Assembly: GCA_964639285.1 (NCBI GenBank)
Contig: CAZXCI010000003.1
Location: 31,187-95,186, forward strand
Reading direction: 5' to 3'
Origin: an uncultured Candidatus Saccharibacteria bacterium
Lineage (GTDB): Bacteria; Patescibacteriota; Minisyncoccia; Phycocordibacterales; XYD1-FULL-46-19
DNA length: 64,000 nucleotides
Part shown: in pieces, positions 1 to 7,741 of the stretch
How the letters are laid out: each line of letters starts with the position of its first letter
Position numbering within the stretch: the first letter of the stretch is position 1
Notes under the pieces: generated by a model
Database searches by the model: none
Seen by the model: the letters and a program-made list of their open reading frames with translations, nothing else
Told to the model about the DNA's origin: nothing
Translations under genes and position numbers: made by a program

Positions 1-216
1 TATGAAAAAATTCGTTCTTTCTGGGTAGAAGAAAATAAAGAAGACCATAGCCCTACTCTTATCCTTCACTACCAACGTTTATTTGTTCCCAATATTCATA
101 TCCCCATCATTGGCCCCAGCCCTGAGGAGGTAAGAGAAACGCTCCTTAAGTTTGGCGAGGAAGAAAAGCATCAGGAAACAGCGACCGAACATATCTTTGA
201 GACGTTTGGCTTTTAG
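1..216 (+). CDS. Partial (5'-truncated) hypothetical protein
   Basis: Open frame from position 1: YEKIRSFWVEE...EHIFETFGF, TAG at 214-216. Confidence 0.7.
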   Translation, partial: YEKIRSFWVEENKEDHSPTLILHYQRLFVPNIHIPIIGPSPEEVRETLLKFGEEEKHQETATEHIFETFGF

Positions 217-269
217 AAAATTTGTGATAAAGTTTCAGAGTTACCTTTTTGTCCCTAAAAGCAACCCCT

Positions 270-341
270 CCCCCTGTAGTTTAACGGATAGAACGCGAGC
301 TTGCGGAGCCCGTAATCGAGGTTCGATTCCTCGCGGGGGGA
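270..341 (+). tRNA. tRNA-Arg(GCG)
   Basis: Acceptor CCCCCTG/CGGGGGG, anticodon arm CGAGC-TT GCG GA-GCCCG, T-loop TTCGATT. Confidence 0.92.
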
Positions 342-345
342 CCCA

Positions 346-379
346 AAACAAAAATCCCCAATCGAGGGGATTTTTGTTT
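346..379. terminator. Bidirectional intrinsic terminator between tRNA-Arg and rpsT
   Basis: AAACAAAAATCCCC-aatcga-GGGGATTTTTGTTT. Confidence 0.75.
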
Positions 380-629
380 ACTTAGAAATTTTAATTGATT
401 TGGCTAGGCGAGATTTCTTGCGAGCGGCCGTATTCTTCTTGATAATCCCCCGCTTAGCCGCTTTGTCGATAGCCTTGTAAGCTTTAGAGAGCTCGGCCTT
501 AGCTTCTGCCCCGGTCAATTTCTTAACTCCCTTAATAGCAAGTTTCATCGCCTTGGAGCGACGATCATTGTAAACTTTTTTTGTCTTCGAAGCACGAAGT
601 GCTTTTTGAGCCGATTTGATTATTGGCAT
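378..629 (-). CDS. rpsT: 30S ribosomal protein S20
   Basis: MPIIKSAQKALR...AIDKAAKRGIIKKNTAARKKSRL; start moved to the ATG at 629. Confidence 0.97.
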   Translation of the reverse strand: MPIIKSAQKALRASKTKKVYNDRRSKAMKLAIKGVKKLTGAEAKAELSKAYKAIDKAAKRGIIKKNTAARKKSRLAKSIKISK

Positions 630-696
630 ACAGGGCAAGAATACAAGATTTTTACCTTAATTGCAAGCCCCTACCCCGCTAGTGTATTATAGAGAA

Positions 697-1278
697 ATGA
701 TCGGTCAACTTACAGGCAAAATCTCTCATGCTGAAGAACGCTTCTTAATCCTAGAGGTTGGGGGTGTTGGTTATAAAATTTTCACCTCAACCGAAACGCG
801 AGAGAAACTCAAGAAAAGCTCAGAGAGCACAACAATCTTTACCCATTTAGTAGTGAGAGAAGACGCCCTTGATCTTTATGGCTTCCTCGAAAAAGTCGAG
901 CAAGACTTCTTCGAATTGCTCATCGGTATCTCTGGCGTTGGACCCAAGAGTGCCCTTTCAATACTATCTCTCGCCCCCCCGGAAACCTTAAGAAAGGCAA
1001 TTTCTTCTAACAATACGAGCTACTTGACCCAAGTCTCAGGCATTGGACGCAAAATTGCCGAAAAGATTGTTCTTGAATTGCGTGACAGAATTGATGCTCT
1101 CGATAACGACGATACTAGTCTCAACCAAGAAAGCGAAGCGATCATGGCAATGGAAGCGCTTGGCTATTCCACGAGAGAAGCCCGTGAAGCTCTTCGTCAT
1201 GTCCCCGTCGAGATTACAGAGACTAGTGCCAAGATTAAAGAAGCTCTTAAAAATTTAGGTAATAAAAACCGCAAATAA
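697..1278 (+). CDS. ruvA: Holliday junction branch migration protein RuvA
   Basis: MIGQLTG, VGGVGY, VREDALDLYGF, HhH motifs ISGVGPKSA and VSGIGRKIAEKIVLEL. Confidence 0.97.
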   Translation: MIGQLTGKISHAEERFLILEVGGVGYKIFTSTETREKLKKSSESTTIFTHLVVREDALDLYGFLEKVEQDFFELLIGISGVGPKSALSILSLAPPETLRKAISSNNTSYLTQVSGIGRKIAEKIVLELRDRIDALDNDDTSLNQESEAIMAMEALGYSTREAREALRHVPVEITETSAKIKEALKNLGNKNRK

Positions 1279-1280
1279 AT

Positions 1281-2510
1281 ATGATAGAAAAAATATTAGA
1301 TATTTTAAGAAAATTTATACCAAGAAAAGCCTTCACTTTCTTCCAACCTTTTTATCACTACGCCTTGGCCGTCGTGGGAGCGATAATTTGTCGTTTCCCT
1401 TCCCGTCAGATTAAGGTCATTGCTGTTACTGGCACCAAAGGGAAAACCAGCACGACCGAAATTTTATCTAAAATCCTCGAAACGGCCGGCCACAAAGTCG
1501 CTACCACTTCTACTCTCCAATTCAAGATTGATGGCAAAATTCGTCGTAACTTATACAAAATGAGTATGCCGGGACGAATGTTTATGCAAAAATTCTTGAG
1601 ACAAGCCGTCTCAGCCAAGTGTGATTTTGCTGTCCTCGAGATGACCTCTGAAGGATCTAGGATGTTTCGTCACAAATTTATTGATCTCGACGGCTTAATC
1701 TTCACTAATATTTCTCCCGAGCATATTGAATCTCATGGCTCTTACGAAAAATATCTAGAAGCTAAACTTTCTTATGCTCGAGCTCTAAATAATTCTGCCA
1801 AAAATAACAAAATTATTGTCGTCAATGGTGAAGATCCCGAAGCCCCTAAATTCTTAGCCCTTGCTCCCGAAGCTCGGCAAATAAAATTTGGTTTTGCTGA
1901 CAATGAAAATTATCCAGAGACAGCTCTCGTCGGCAAGTTCAATCGCTACAATATTATCGCAGCTTCCAAAATGGCAGAGGCGCTTGGTGTGAGTAAAGAG
2001 AAAATTGCTGAGGCCCTGACCAAACTCACTATAATCCCTGGCCGGATGGAGCAGATAAAATCTGGCCACCCCAAACAAGACTTCGAGGTTATCGTGGATT
2101 ATGCCCACACCGCTGACTCTCTTACTAAAGCCTATGAGGCTCTTGGCGACAAAAGAAAAATTTGTGTTCTTGGCTCTTGTGGAGGAGGCCGAGACCGCTG
2201 GAAGAGACCTCAGATGGGCACTGTCGCGAACAAATTCTGCGATCAAATAATTCTTACCAACGAAGACCCTTATGACGAGGACCCCAACCTGATTATCTCT
2301 GAAGTCGCCCAGGGAATTAAAAAACCTTTTCAGAAAATTCTTGATCGCCGAGAAGCCATCAATACCGCCATTCGCCTGGCGAGACCTGATGATGTCGTCA
2401 TCATCACCGGCAAGGGCACTGACCCCTTCCTGATGGAAGCCGGCGGCAAAAGAACTCCCTGGAGTGACCACGACGTCGCTCGTGAAGAAATTTTAAAAGT
2501 TTTAGGCTAA
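1281..2510 (+). CDS. murE: Mur ligase, MurE-like
   Basis: VTGTKGKTST P-loop, EMTSEG, FTNISPEH, VDYAHT, GGRDRWKR, TNEDPYDE, GKG. Confidence 0.85.
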   Translation: MIEKILDILRKFIPRKAFTFFQPFYHYALAVVGAIICRFPSRQIKVIAVTGTKGKTSTTEILSKILETAGHKVATTSTLQFKIDGKIRRNLYKMSMPGRMFMQKFLRQAVSAKCDFAVLEMTSEGSRMFRHKFIDLDGLIFTNISPEHIESHGSYEKYLEAKLSYARALNNSAKNNKIIVVNGEDPEAPKFLALAPEARQIKFGFADNENYPETALVGKFNRYNIIAASKMAEALGVSKEKIAEALTKLTIIPGRMEQIKSGHPKQDFEVIVDYAHTADSLTKAYEALGDKRKICVLGSCGGGRDRWKRPQMGTVANKFCDQIILTNEDPYDEDPNLIISEVAQGIKKPFQKILDRREAINTAIRLARPDDVVIITGKGTDPFLMEAGGKRTPWSDHDVAREEILKVLG

Positions 2511-2516
2511 CCCCGA

Positions 2517-3401
2517 ATGCCCGAATTACCCGAAGTAGAAACTTTAAAACGCGAATTGTCCCGCGTTGTTGTTGGTTTGAAAATAAAAAACTGCAAAGTC
2601 CTTTGGGCTAAAACGGTAAGCCCCCTCTCTCCTAAAAAATTCGCCAAACAAACTAAGAATAAGAAAATTGTCGGGGTAAGGCGAAGGGCTAAAATGCTTT
2701 TTCTCGATCTCGAAGGTAGTCAGGCTCTGGCGGTACATCTCAAAATGACGGGGCAACTTATTTTTCTCCCCCCAAGGACAGTCCTTAGGGGCAGTTCAAG
2801 GGCTGTCCTCGGGGGTCACCCAGATGACCAAATGCTCGAGAAACAGCCTTCTAAATATACTAGACTAATTTTTGAATTTACCGATAAGTCCAAGCTCTAC
2901 TTCAACGACCTGCGCAAATTTGGTTGGATAAAGCTTGTAACAGATAAAGAAATGAGTAAGCTGACAGAAAAGGTCGGCCCTGAACCACTCTCCCCCATCT
3001 TCACACCAAACCTTCTCATTGAGATATTTAAGAAATATAAAAATAGAACAATCAAGCAAATTCTCTTAGACCAAAGTCTAATTGCCGGTATTGGTAATAT
3101 CTATGCTGATGAAGCCTGCTTCTTGTCCAAGCTAAGGCCAGATAGAAAAACCCAAACGTTGAAACCAGCCCAAATAAAAAATCTGAGAGAAAATATTATA
3201 AAAGTTCTCAAACTCTCAATTCAGAAAAAAGGTACCTCGTCGCGCAATTATCGCCGGAGCGACGGCTCACGGGGCGGCTTCGTCCCCCACCTAAATGTCT
3301 ATGGTCGAGAAAGTGAACATTGCAAAGTTTGTCACCGGACCATCCAAAAAATCCGCCATATTGGACGAGGGACCCACTTCTGTCCCCATTGCCAGAAGTA
3401 A
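2517..3401 (+). CDS. mutM: Formamidopyrimidine-DNA glycosylase
   Basis: MPELPEVET N-terminus, HLKMTG, GIGNIYADE, C-terminal zinc finger. Confidence 0.97.
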   Translation: MPELPEVETLKRELSRVVVGLKIKNCKVLWAKTVSPLSPKKFAKQTKNKKIVGVRRRAKMLFLDLEGSQALAVHLKMTGQLIFLPPRTVLRGSSRAVLGGHPDDQMLEKQPSKYTRLIFEFTDKSKLYFNDLRKFGWIKLVTDKEMSKLTEKVGPEPLSPIFTPNLLIEIFKKYKNRTIKQILLDQSLIAGIGNIYADEACFLSKLRPDRKTQTLKPAQIKNLRENIIKVLKLSIQKKGTSSRNYRRSDGSRGGFVPHLNVYGRESEHCKVCHRTIQKIRHIGRGTHFCPHCQK

Positions 3402-3508
3402 TTTCCCTTGTTAAGATCAGGGCAAGCCATCGCAACTCCCTAATAGTGGAGCGGACTGCGCTGACCTGCCTATTTTGGCGGGAAACCCTGAGGGCTCCAA
3501 CTCAAATC

Positions 3509-3538
3509 AAAAAAGGCCCGCCTGCGATGGCCTTTTTT
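3509..3538. terminator. Bidirectional terminator between mutM and the SpoU gene
   Basis: AAAAAAGGCC-N10-GGCCTTTTTT. Confidence 0.65.
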
Positions 3539-4019
3539 ATATACCAAGAATCCGAAACAAGGCTACACCCACAGATACAGAAACATTAAGTGACTCCTTC
3601 TCCCCCCTCATAGGGATCTCAGCAATTGTGTCACACTTTTTAAGAATATTTTTTGCTAAACCATCAACTTCATTACCAAAAATAAAAGCAGTTTTGCTCT
3701 TAGCCTGAACTTTTTTATAATCAACAGAATTGTCCGCTTGCTCAATTGCAATTAAATAAAAACCCTCTTTTTTTAACTTGATTAATAATTTCGAAATATC
3801 TTCAACTTTTTCCCAAACAATATTTTTCTCAGCCCCGAGGGCCGTCTTCTCGATCTCCTTATTAATTCTCCCAAACTTATCAATCGGCGCCGGTGTGTAC
3901 CCCGTTAGATAAATCTTATTTACCCCACAAGCATCCGCTGTACGGAAAATCGAACCCACATTAAGAGCGCTCCGAATATCCGGGAGAATAACGAAAACTT
4001 TTTTCTTCTTCTTTTCCAT
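3537..4019 (-). CDS. SpoU/TrmH-family RNA methyltransferase
   Basis: NVGSIFRTADA, FGNEVDGL, IPMRGEKESLNVS. Confidence 0.93.
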   Translation of the reverse strand: MEKKKKKVFVILPDIRSALNVGSIFRTADACGVNKIYLTGYTPAPIDKFGRINKEIEKTALGAEKNIVWEKVEDISKLLIKLKKEGFYLIAIEQADNSVDYKKVQAKSKTAFIFGNEVDGLAKNILKKCDTIAEIPMRGEKESLNVSVSVGVALFRILGI

Positions 4020-4066
4020 ACTTTACTACTCTACTACTTTTGTTACTTTTTTGTTACAATACCAGC

Positions 4067-4453
4067 ATGTTAAGTTTATTGCCAGGCCTCCTAGATTTCT
4101 CCTCCTTCGCCCCTATTCTTTTGAGACTCGCCCTTGGTGGGACCTTCCTTGGTTATGGCCTAAGTGAATTGATTAAACCCAGATATCTACCAACCGGAGT
4201 TGGCATTTCCCCAAAACTTGCTCGCCTTATTGGACTCTGGGAATCACTTCTGGGATCTCTCCTTATTATTGGCCTCTTCACTCAAATTGTGGCCCTCTTA
4301 ATGGGGCTTGAACTCTTGGGCTACCTATTCCTCCGTCTGAAGGACAAAACCAAAATGCCCCTCCCAATCGACCACCTCCTCGTCATGTTGGCAATTGCCG
4401 TCTCCCTCATGCTTCTCGGTCCGGGCCTAATTGCTTTCGATTTGCCTCTCTAG
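4067..4453 (+). CDS. DoxX-family membrane protein
   Basis: LLRLALG, LLIIGLFTQ, LLGPG; about four hydrophobic helices. Confidence 0.8.
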   Translation: MLSLLPGLLDFSSFAPILLRLALGGTFLGYGLSELIKPRYLPTGVGISPKLARLIGLWESLLGSLLIIGLFTQIVALLMGLELLGYLFLRLKDKTKMPLPIDHLLVMLAIAVSLMLLGPGLIAFDLPL

Positions 4454-4524
4454 TTTTATGGGCCTTAATTTGGAGTTGAAAATACTAGAATTTCTGGTAT
4501 TATTTTTTTGTTAGCTAATAATAT

Positions 4525-4597
4525 CCGCCCATAGCTCAGTTGGTAGAGCAGCTCCCTTTTAAGGAGACGGTCCAAGGTTCGAATCCTTGTGGGCGGA
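4525..4597 (+). tRNA. tRNA-Lys(TTT)
   Basis: CCGCCCA/TGGGCGG acceptor, D-arm GCTCAGTTGGTAGAGC, loop CT TTT AA, TTCGAAT. Confidence 0.93.
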
Positions 4598-4599
4598 CA

Positions 4600-5334
4600 C
4601 TAAACACTCAGCAATATCTTCTCCAAACCAAACTCAAATTCGTCGGTGCCGAGATAAGTCATGTGGTAGAGATCAAGAAAGCTAGCGGAGAGTCTTTTAA
4701 GTTCTTCATTAGAGAAAGTTTTGGCTGCCGCTTTAGCCTTAGCTAGCGGATAGGGCTTCAACTTAAGCTTATTGGAATCTTTGGTATTCTTAACTAAGAG
4801 CAAATTATTAGTTGACCAAATCAACTTCCACAATATTTCTTCAGCTGAGATCCCATGAATTAAGGCTTCTTGATAGAGAACCCAAGCTCGATTCTTGTTC
4901 TTCGCGGCAAAAGCGTCGGTAATAGAGAAAATATTAAAGGCCCCATGCTTAGATAACTCTCCTGCTTTCTTCTCAAATTTCTGAGCCTTGCTAGCCAACT
5001 TCTCAAGTTCAGCCAAAACCTTCGCGTCCGTGTTATTCTCCAAGAGGAGAAAGACGTTATCTGATCGAACCATGAGAGAAAGTCGGCCCCTAGCCTTTCT
5101 CAAGATCTCCTCATTGCCTTTGGTACTCGAAAATAAATTATCACAACCAACAATAAATTTTTGATAAAAGAGACCCTGGCCCTTTGTTAACTCCTCAAGC
5201 GTCTGACTGGCAAAATTCTCACTCGTTAATTTGAAGAGGCTAGCTTCAGGATTCTTGGCCAACAACGAACTACTAAGCGCCCGATATTTATCACGACTTC
5301 TTAACTCATCATTACCATAAATTAAAATTATCAT
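4600..5334 (-). CDS. holA: DNA polymerase III delta subunit-like protein (shortened HolA)
   Basis: MIILIYGND N-terminus, QGLF, FNIFSITDA, helical C-terminus ending LEKILL. Confidence 0.7.
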   Translation of the reverse strand: MIILIYGNDELRSRDKYRALSSSLLAKNPEASLFKLTSENFASQTLEELTKGQGLFYQKFIVGCDNLFSSTKGNEEILRKARGRLSLMVRSDNVFLLLENNTDAKVLAELEKLASKAQKFEKKAGELSKHGAFNIFSITDAFAAKNKNRAWVLYQEALIHGISAEEILWKLIWSTNNLLLVKNTKDSNKLKLKPYPLAKAKAAAKTFSNEELKRLSASFLDLYHMTYLGTDEFEFGLEKILLSV

Positions 5335-5340
5335 AAAAAA

Positions 5341-6132
5341 TTAAATCTCAAGAACGATCCCGACTGGGCAATGGTCTGAGCCGAGGACAGTATCGACGAT
5401 AAAAGCTTCCTTAAGAGACTTCTTCAATTTAGCACTTATGAGAAAATAATCTATCCGCCAACCAATATTACGCGCTCGCGCCGCGAGCCGATAGCTCCAC
5501 CACGAATATTGTACCTTGTCGCCATTAATCAATCTAAAAGTGTCAATTAAACCATGATCAACAAAGCGCTCAAACCAAGACCGCTCCTCTTTGGTAAAGC
5601 CGGCATTCCCGACATTATCTTTGGGCCGAGCCAGGTCAATCTCTTGATGAGCCACGTTGAAGTCGCCACAAGTGACCACCGGTTTTTTCTCCTCCAATTT
5701 CTTAATATAGTTTAACCAATTTTTATTAAATTCTTCTTTGAACCCGAGTCGCGATAATTCGTGATTGGCGTTAGGGAAATAAGTATTAACAAAATAGAAT
5801 TTCTCAAATTCTAGGGTAATCACTCGCCCCTCGTCATCCCCCTCTCCTTGTTTTTTTGAACTCGGCACATTAAATCCCCTGCTTATAGTGCTGGGTTCTA
5901 TTTTTGATAAGACAGCTGTCCCACTATAGCCTGGCCTATTGGCCGAGTGCCAATATTCGTTGTAACCGGCAAAATCAAAAGTCTCCTTGGCCCGAGCCTC
6001 ATCATTGATCTTGATCTCTTGCAAGCCCACAATATCGGGCCTCTCCTCTTTGAGCCACTCGACAAAACCATTCTTCACACAAGCGCGAATCCCATTAACG
6101 TTCCAAGAATAAATTTTAAGTTTTTGCAACAT
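5341..6132 (-). CDS. xth: Exodeoxyribonuclease III / AP endonuclease
   Basis: SWNVNGIRA, LQEIK, GDFNVAH, GWRIDYF, SDHCP. Confidence 0.96.
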   Translation of the reverse strand: MLQKLKIYSWNVNGIRACVKNGFVEWLKEERPDIVGLQEIKINDEARAKETFDFAGYNEYWHSANRPGYSGTAVLSKIEPSTISRGFNVPSSKKQGEGDDEGRVITLEFEKFYFVNTYFPNANHELSRLGFKEEFNKNWLNYIKKLEEKKPVVTCGDFNVAHQEIDLARPKDNVGNAGFTKEERSWFERFVDHGLIDTFRLINGDKVQYSWWSYRLAARARNIGWRIDYFLISAKLKKSLKEAFIVDTVLGSDHCPVGIVLEI

Positions 6133-6227
6133 AGCTGTTTTATAGACATTCAACCTTATTACAACACATTTGCCCCCAAGACCAAGGACGATCCTTCTAC
6201 TAATTCTACTATCATACTTCTTGTTAA

Positions 6228-6836
6228 TTATTTAAATTTTTCTAAAACTTTAAAATCTTTCTTCAGGGTCTTAATCAGATTCTGATTATAAATCGCGGCG
6301 GCGGGGTGGTAGAGCGGGACTATAGATATCTTACCATATGGCGCTTCTGTCTCGAAAACTTGACCATGAAGCCCACTGATTGATCGACTGGCCTCACTTA
6401 GGCCAAATTTTTCTAAAATATATTTGGTTGAATAACGACCAAGAGTTGCTATTACTTGGGGCTGAATAAGGTTAATTTGACGATCTAAGAAAGGACCATA
6501 AATCCTGATCTCTTCAAGTGAGGGGTCACGATTATTCTCCGGCCGATCTTTTACTATGTTGGTGATATAGACTTCTTCCCTTTTTATCCCCACTCCAACT
6601 AAAAGGTTATCGAGAATTTTGCCGGCCGAACCACAAAAGGGGCGCCCCGCCTTGGCCTCGTTGCGACCAGGAGCTTCACCAATTAGCATAATTGAAGCCA
6701 AATGACTCCCCTCGCCAATCACAGGGAAATACTTATTTTCTGTGCGATAAGAAAAAAGGGGCGAGTCGCTTAAAGCCAAGACCTCGTCCCTGATTTTCTT
6801 AAGTTCTAAATCCCGATGATTAAGATCCTTCACCAT
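6228..6836 (-). CDS. Uracil-DNA glycosylase, family 4-like
   Basis: IGEAPG, GRPFCG, YITNIVK, RPENNRDP, YHPAA. Confidence 0.93.
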   Translation of the reverse strand: MVKDLNHRDLELKKIRDEVLALSDSPLFSYRTENKYFPVIGEGSHLASIMLIGEAPGRNEAKAGRPFCGSAGKILDNLLVGVGIKREEVYITNIVKDRPENNRDPSLEEIRIYGPFLDRQINLIQPQVIATLGRYSTKYILEKFGLSEASRSISGLHGQVFETEAPYGKISIVPLYHPAAAIYNQNLIKTLKKDFKVLEKFK

Positions 6837-7323
6837 TGGCTTCCTTAATTGTCTTCTCTCTTCCCAAGGTCTTGGCAAGATCACGCTGAACATAGTCACG
6901 TTCAATTATCCAGAGAATAGTAAAGATGGAAATCGACAAGCCGGTCGCAAATAAAGCTAAAGTGTAGAGACCAAAACCGCAAGCCATCCCAATCCCAGCC
7001 GAAACCCAAAGGCCAGCGGCCGTGGTAACCCCCGTTAAGTGTCCGCCCCTTAAGATAACGAGTCCTGCTCCGATGAAACCAATTCCGGTAACAACCTGAG
7101 CGGCCAAACGTAAAGGATCATAATTTACCCCCACTACTCCTGCGTCAAGAATAACCAGACGAGAAATATCGACAAAAAGGGCCGAACCCATGCTAACAAG
7201 AGCATAAGTTCTCATGCCAGCCATCTTGCCTGACAAATTACGCTCTACTCCCAAAAGAGCACCAAAAAAAAGAGCGGCCAACAAACCAATAAAAATATCC
7301 GGATAACTGATGATAGTAAGCAT
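6820..7323 (-). CDS. MgtC/SapB-family membrane protein
   Basis: GVER, AGMRTYALV, DPLRLAAQVVTGIGFIGAG, TTAAGLW. Confidence 0.93.
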   Translation of the reverse strand: MLTIISYPDIFIGLLAALFFGALLGVERNLSGKMAGMRTYALVSMGSALFVDISRLVILDAGVVGVNYDPLRLAAQVVTGIGFIGAGLVILRGGHLTGVTTAAGLWVSAGIGMACGFGLYTLALFATGLSISIFTILWIIERDYVQRDLAKTLGREKTIKEANGEGS

Positions 7324-7354
7324 ATTCCTAAATTATAAACTTCTTTAAAGAAAT

Positions 7355-7389
7355 AATAAAGGCCTCAACATTAAGCTGAGGCCTTTATT
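7355..7389 (-). terminator. Intrinsic terminator
   Basis: AATAAAGGCCTCA-N9-TGAGGCCTTTATT. Confidence 0.7.
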
Positions 7390-7406
7390 TTGAATTAAGT
7401 GCAAAC

Positions 7407-7613
7407 TTATTCAGCAACAGGAGCTTCTACGGTAGGAACCTCATCAACGGCAGGAGCAGCCTCGACATTGACATCAACGACATCAACCGGAGCTGGTTCA
7501 GTGGTAACAGCTTCCTCACCAGGGACAACAGGAGCTGGGCTCTTCATCTTGAACCATACAACACCAACAATAATGAGGATGATGATAATGGCTACGATAA
7601 CGTAATTCTTCAT
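7407..7613 (-). CDS. Small single-TM protein with acidic P/A/V/E-rich tail
   Basis: N-terminal hydrophobic helix, low-complexity tail, followed by a terminator. Confidence 0.75.
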   Translation of the reverse strand: MKNYVIVAIIIILIIVGVVWFKMKSPAPVVPGEEAVTTEPAPVDVVDVNVEAAPAVDEVPTVEAPVAE

Positions 7614-7741
7614 CTTGAAAATTCAAAAAAGGTTAATAAACGACCTTTATTTTTGGTTTGCAATTTCTCTTGCTCTTTAAGCATAACGGTTAAGACCCTA
7701 AAAATCAAGCTTCCGCCTTTGTGGATAAAGTGGCTTAATTT

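Noticed and set aside
3457-3491. Hammerhead ribozyme (CTGA...stem...GAAA)
   Set aside because: The core needs CUGANGA before stem II; the NGA is missing.
3901-3910. CCCGTTAGAT as another MITE end
   Set aside because: Lies in the conserved YLTGY coding motif of the SpoU gene and has no partner TIR.
5076-5101. Hairpin insert in holA (LRKARGRLSL)
   Set aside because: Only a 7-bp stem and no matching copy in the window; cannot be supported without orthologs.
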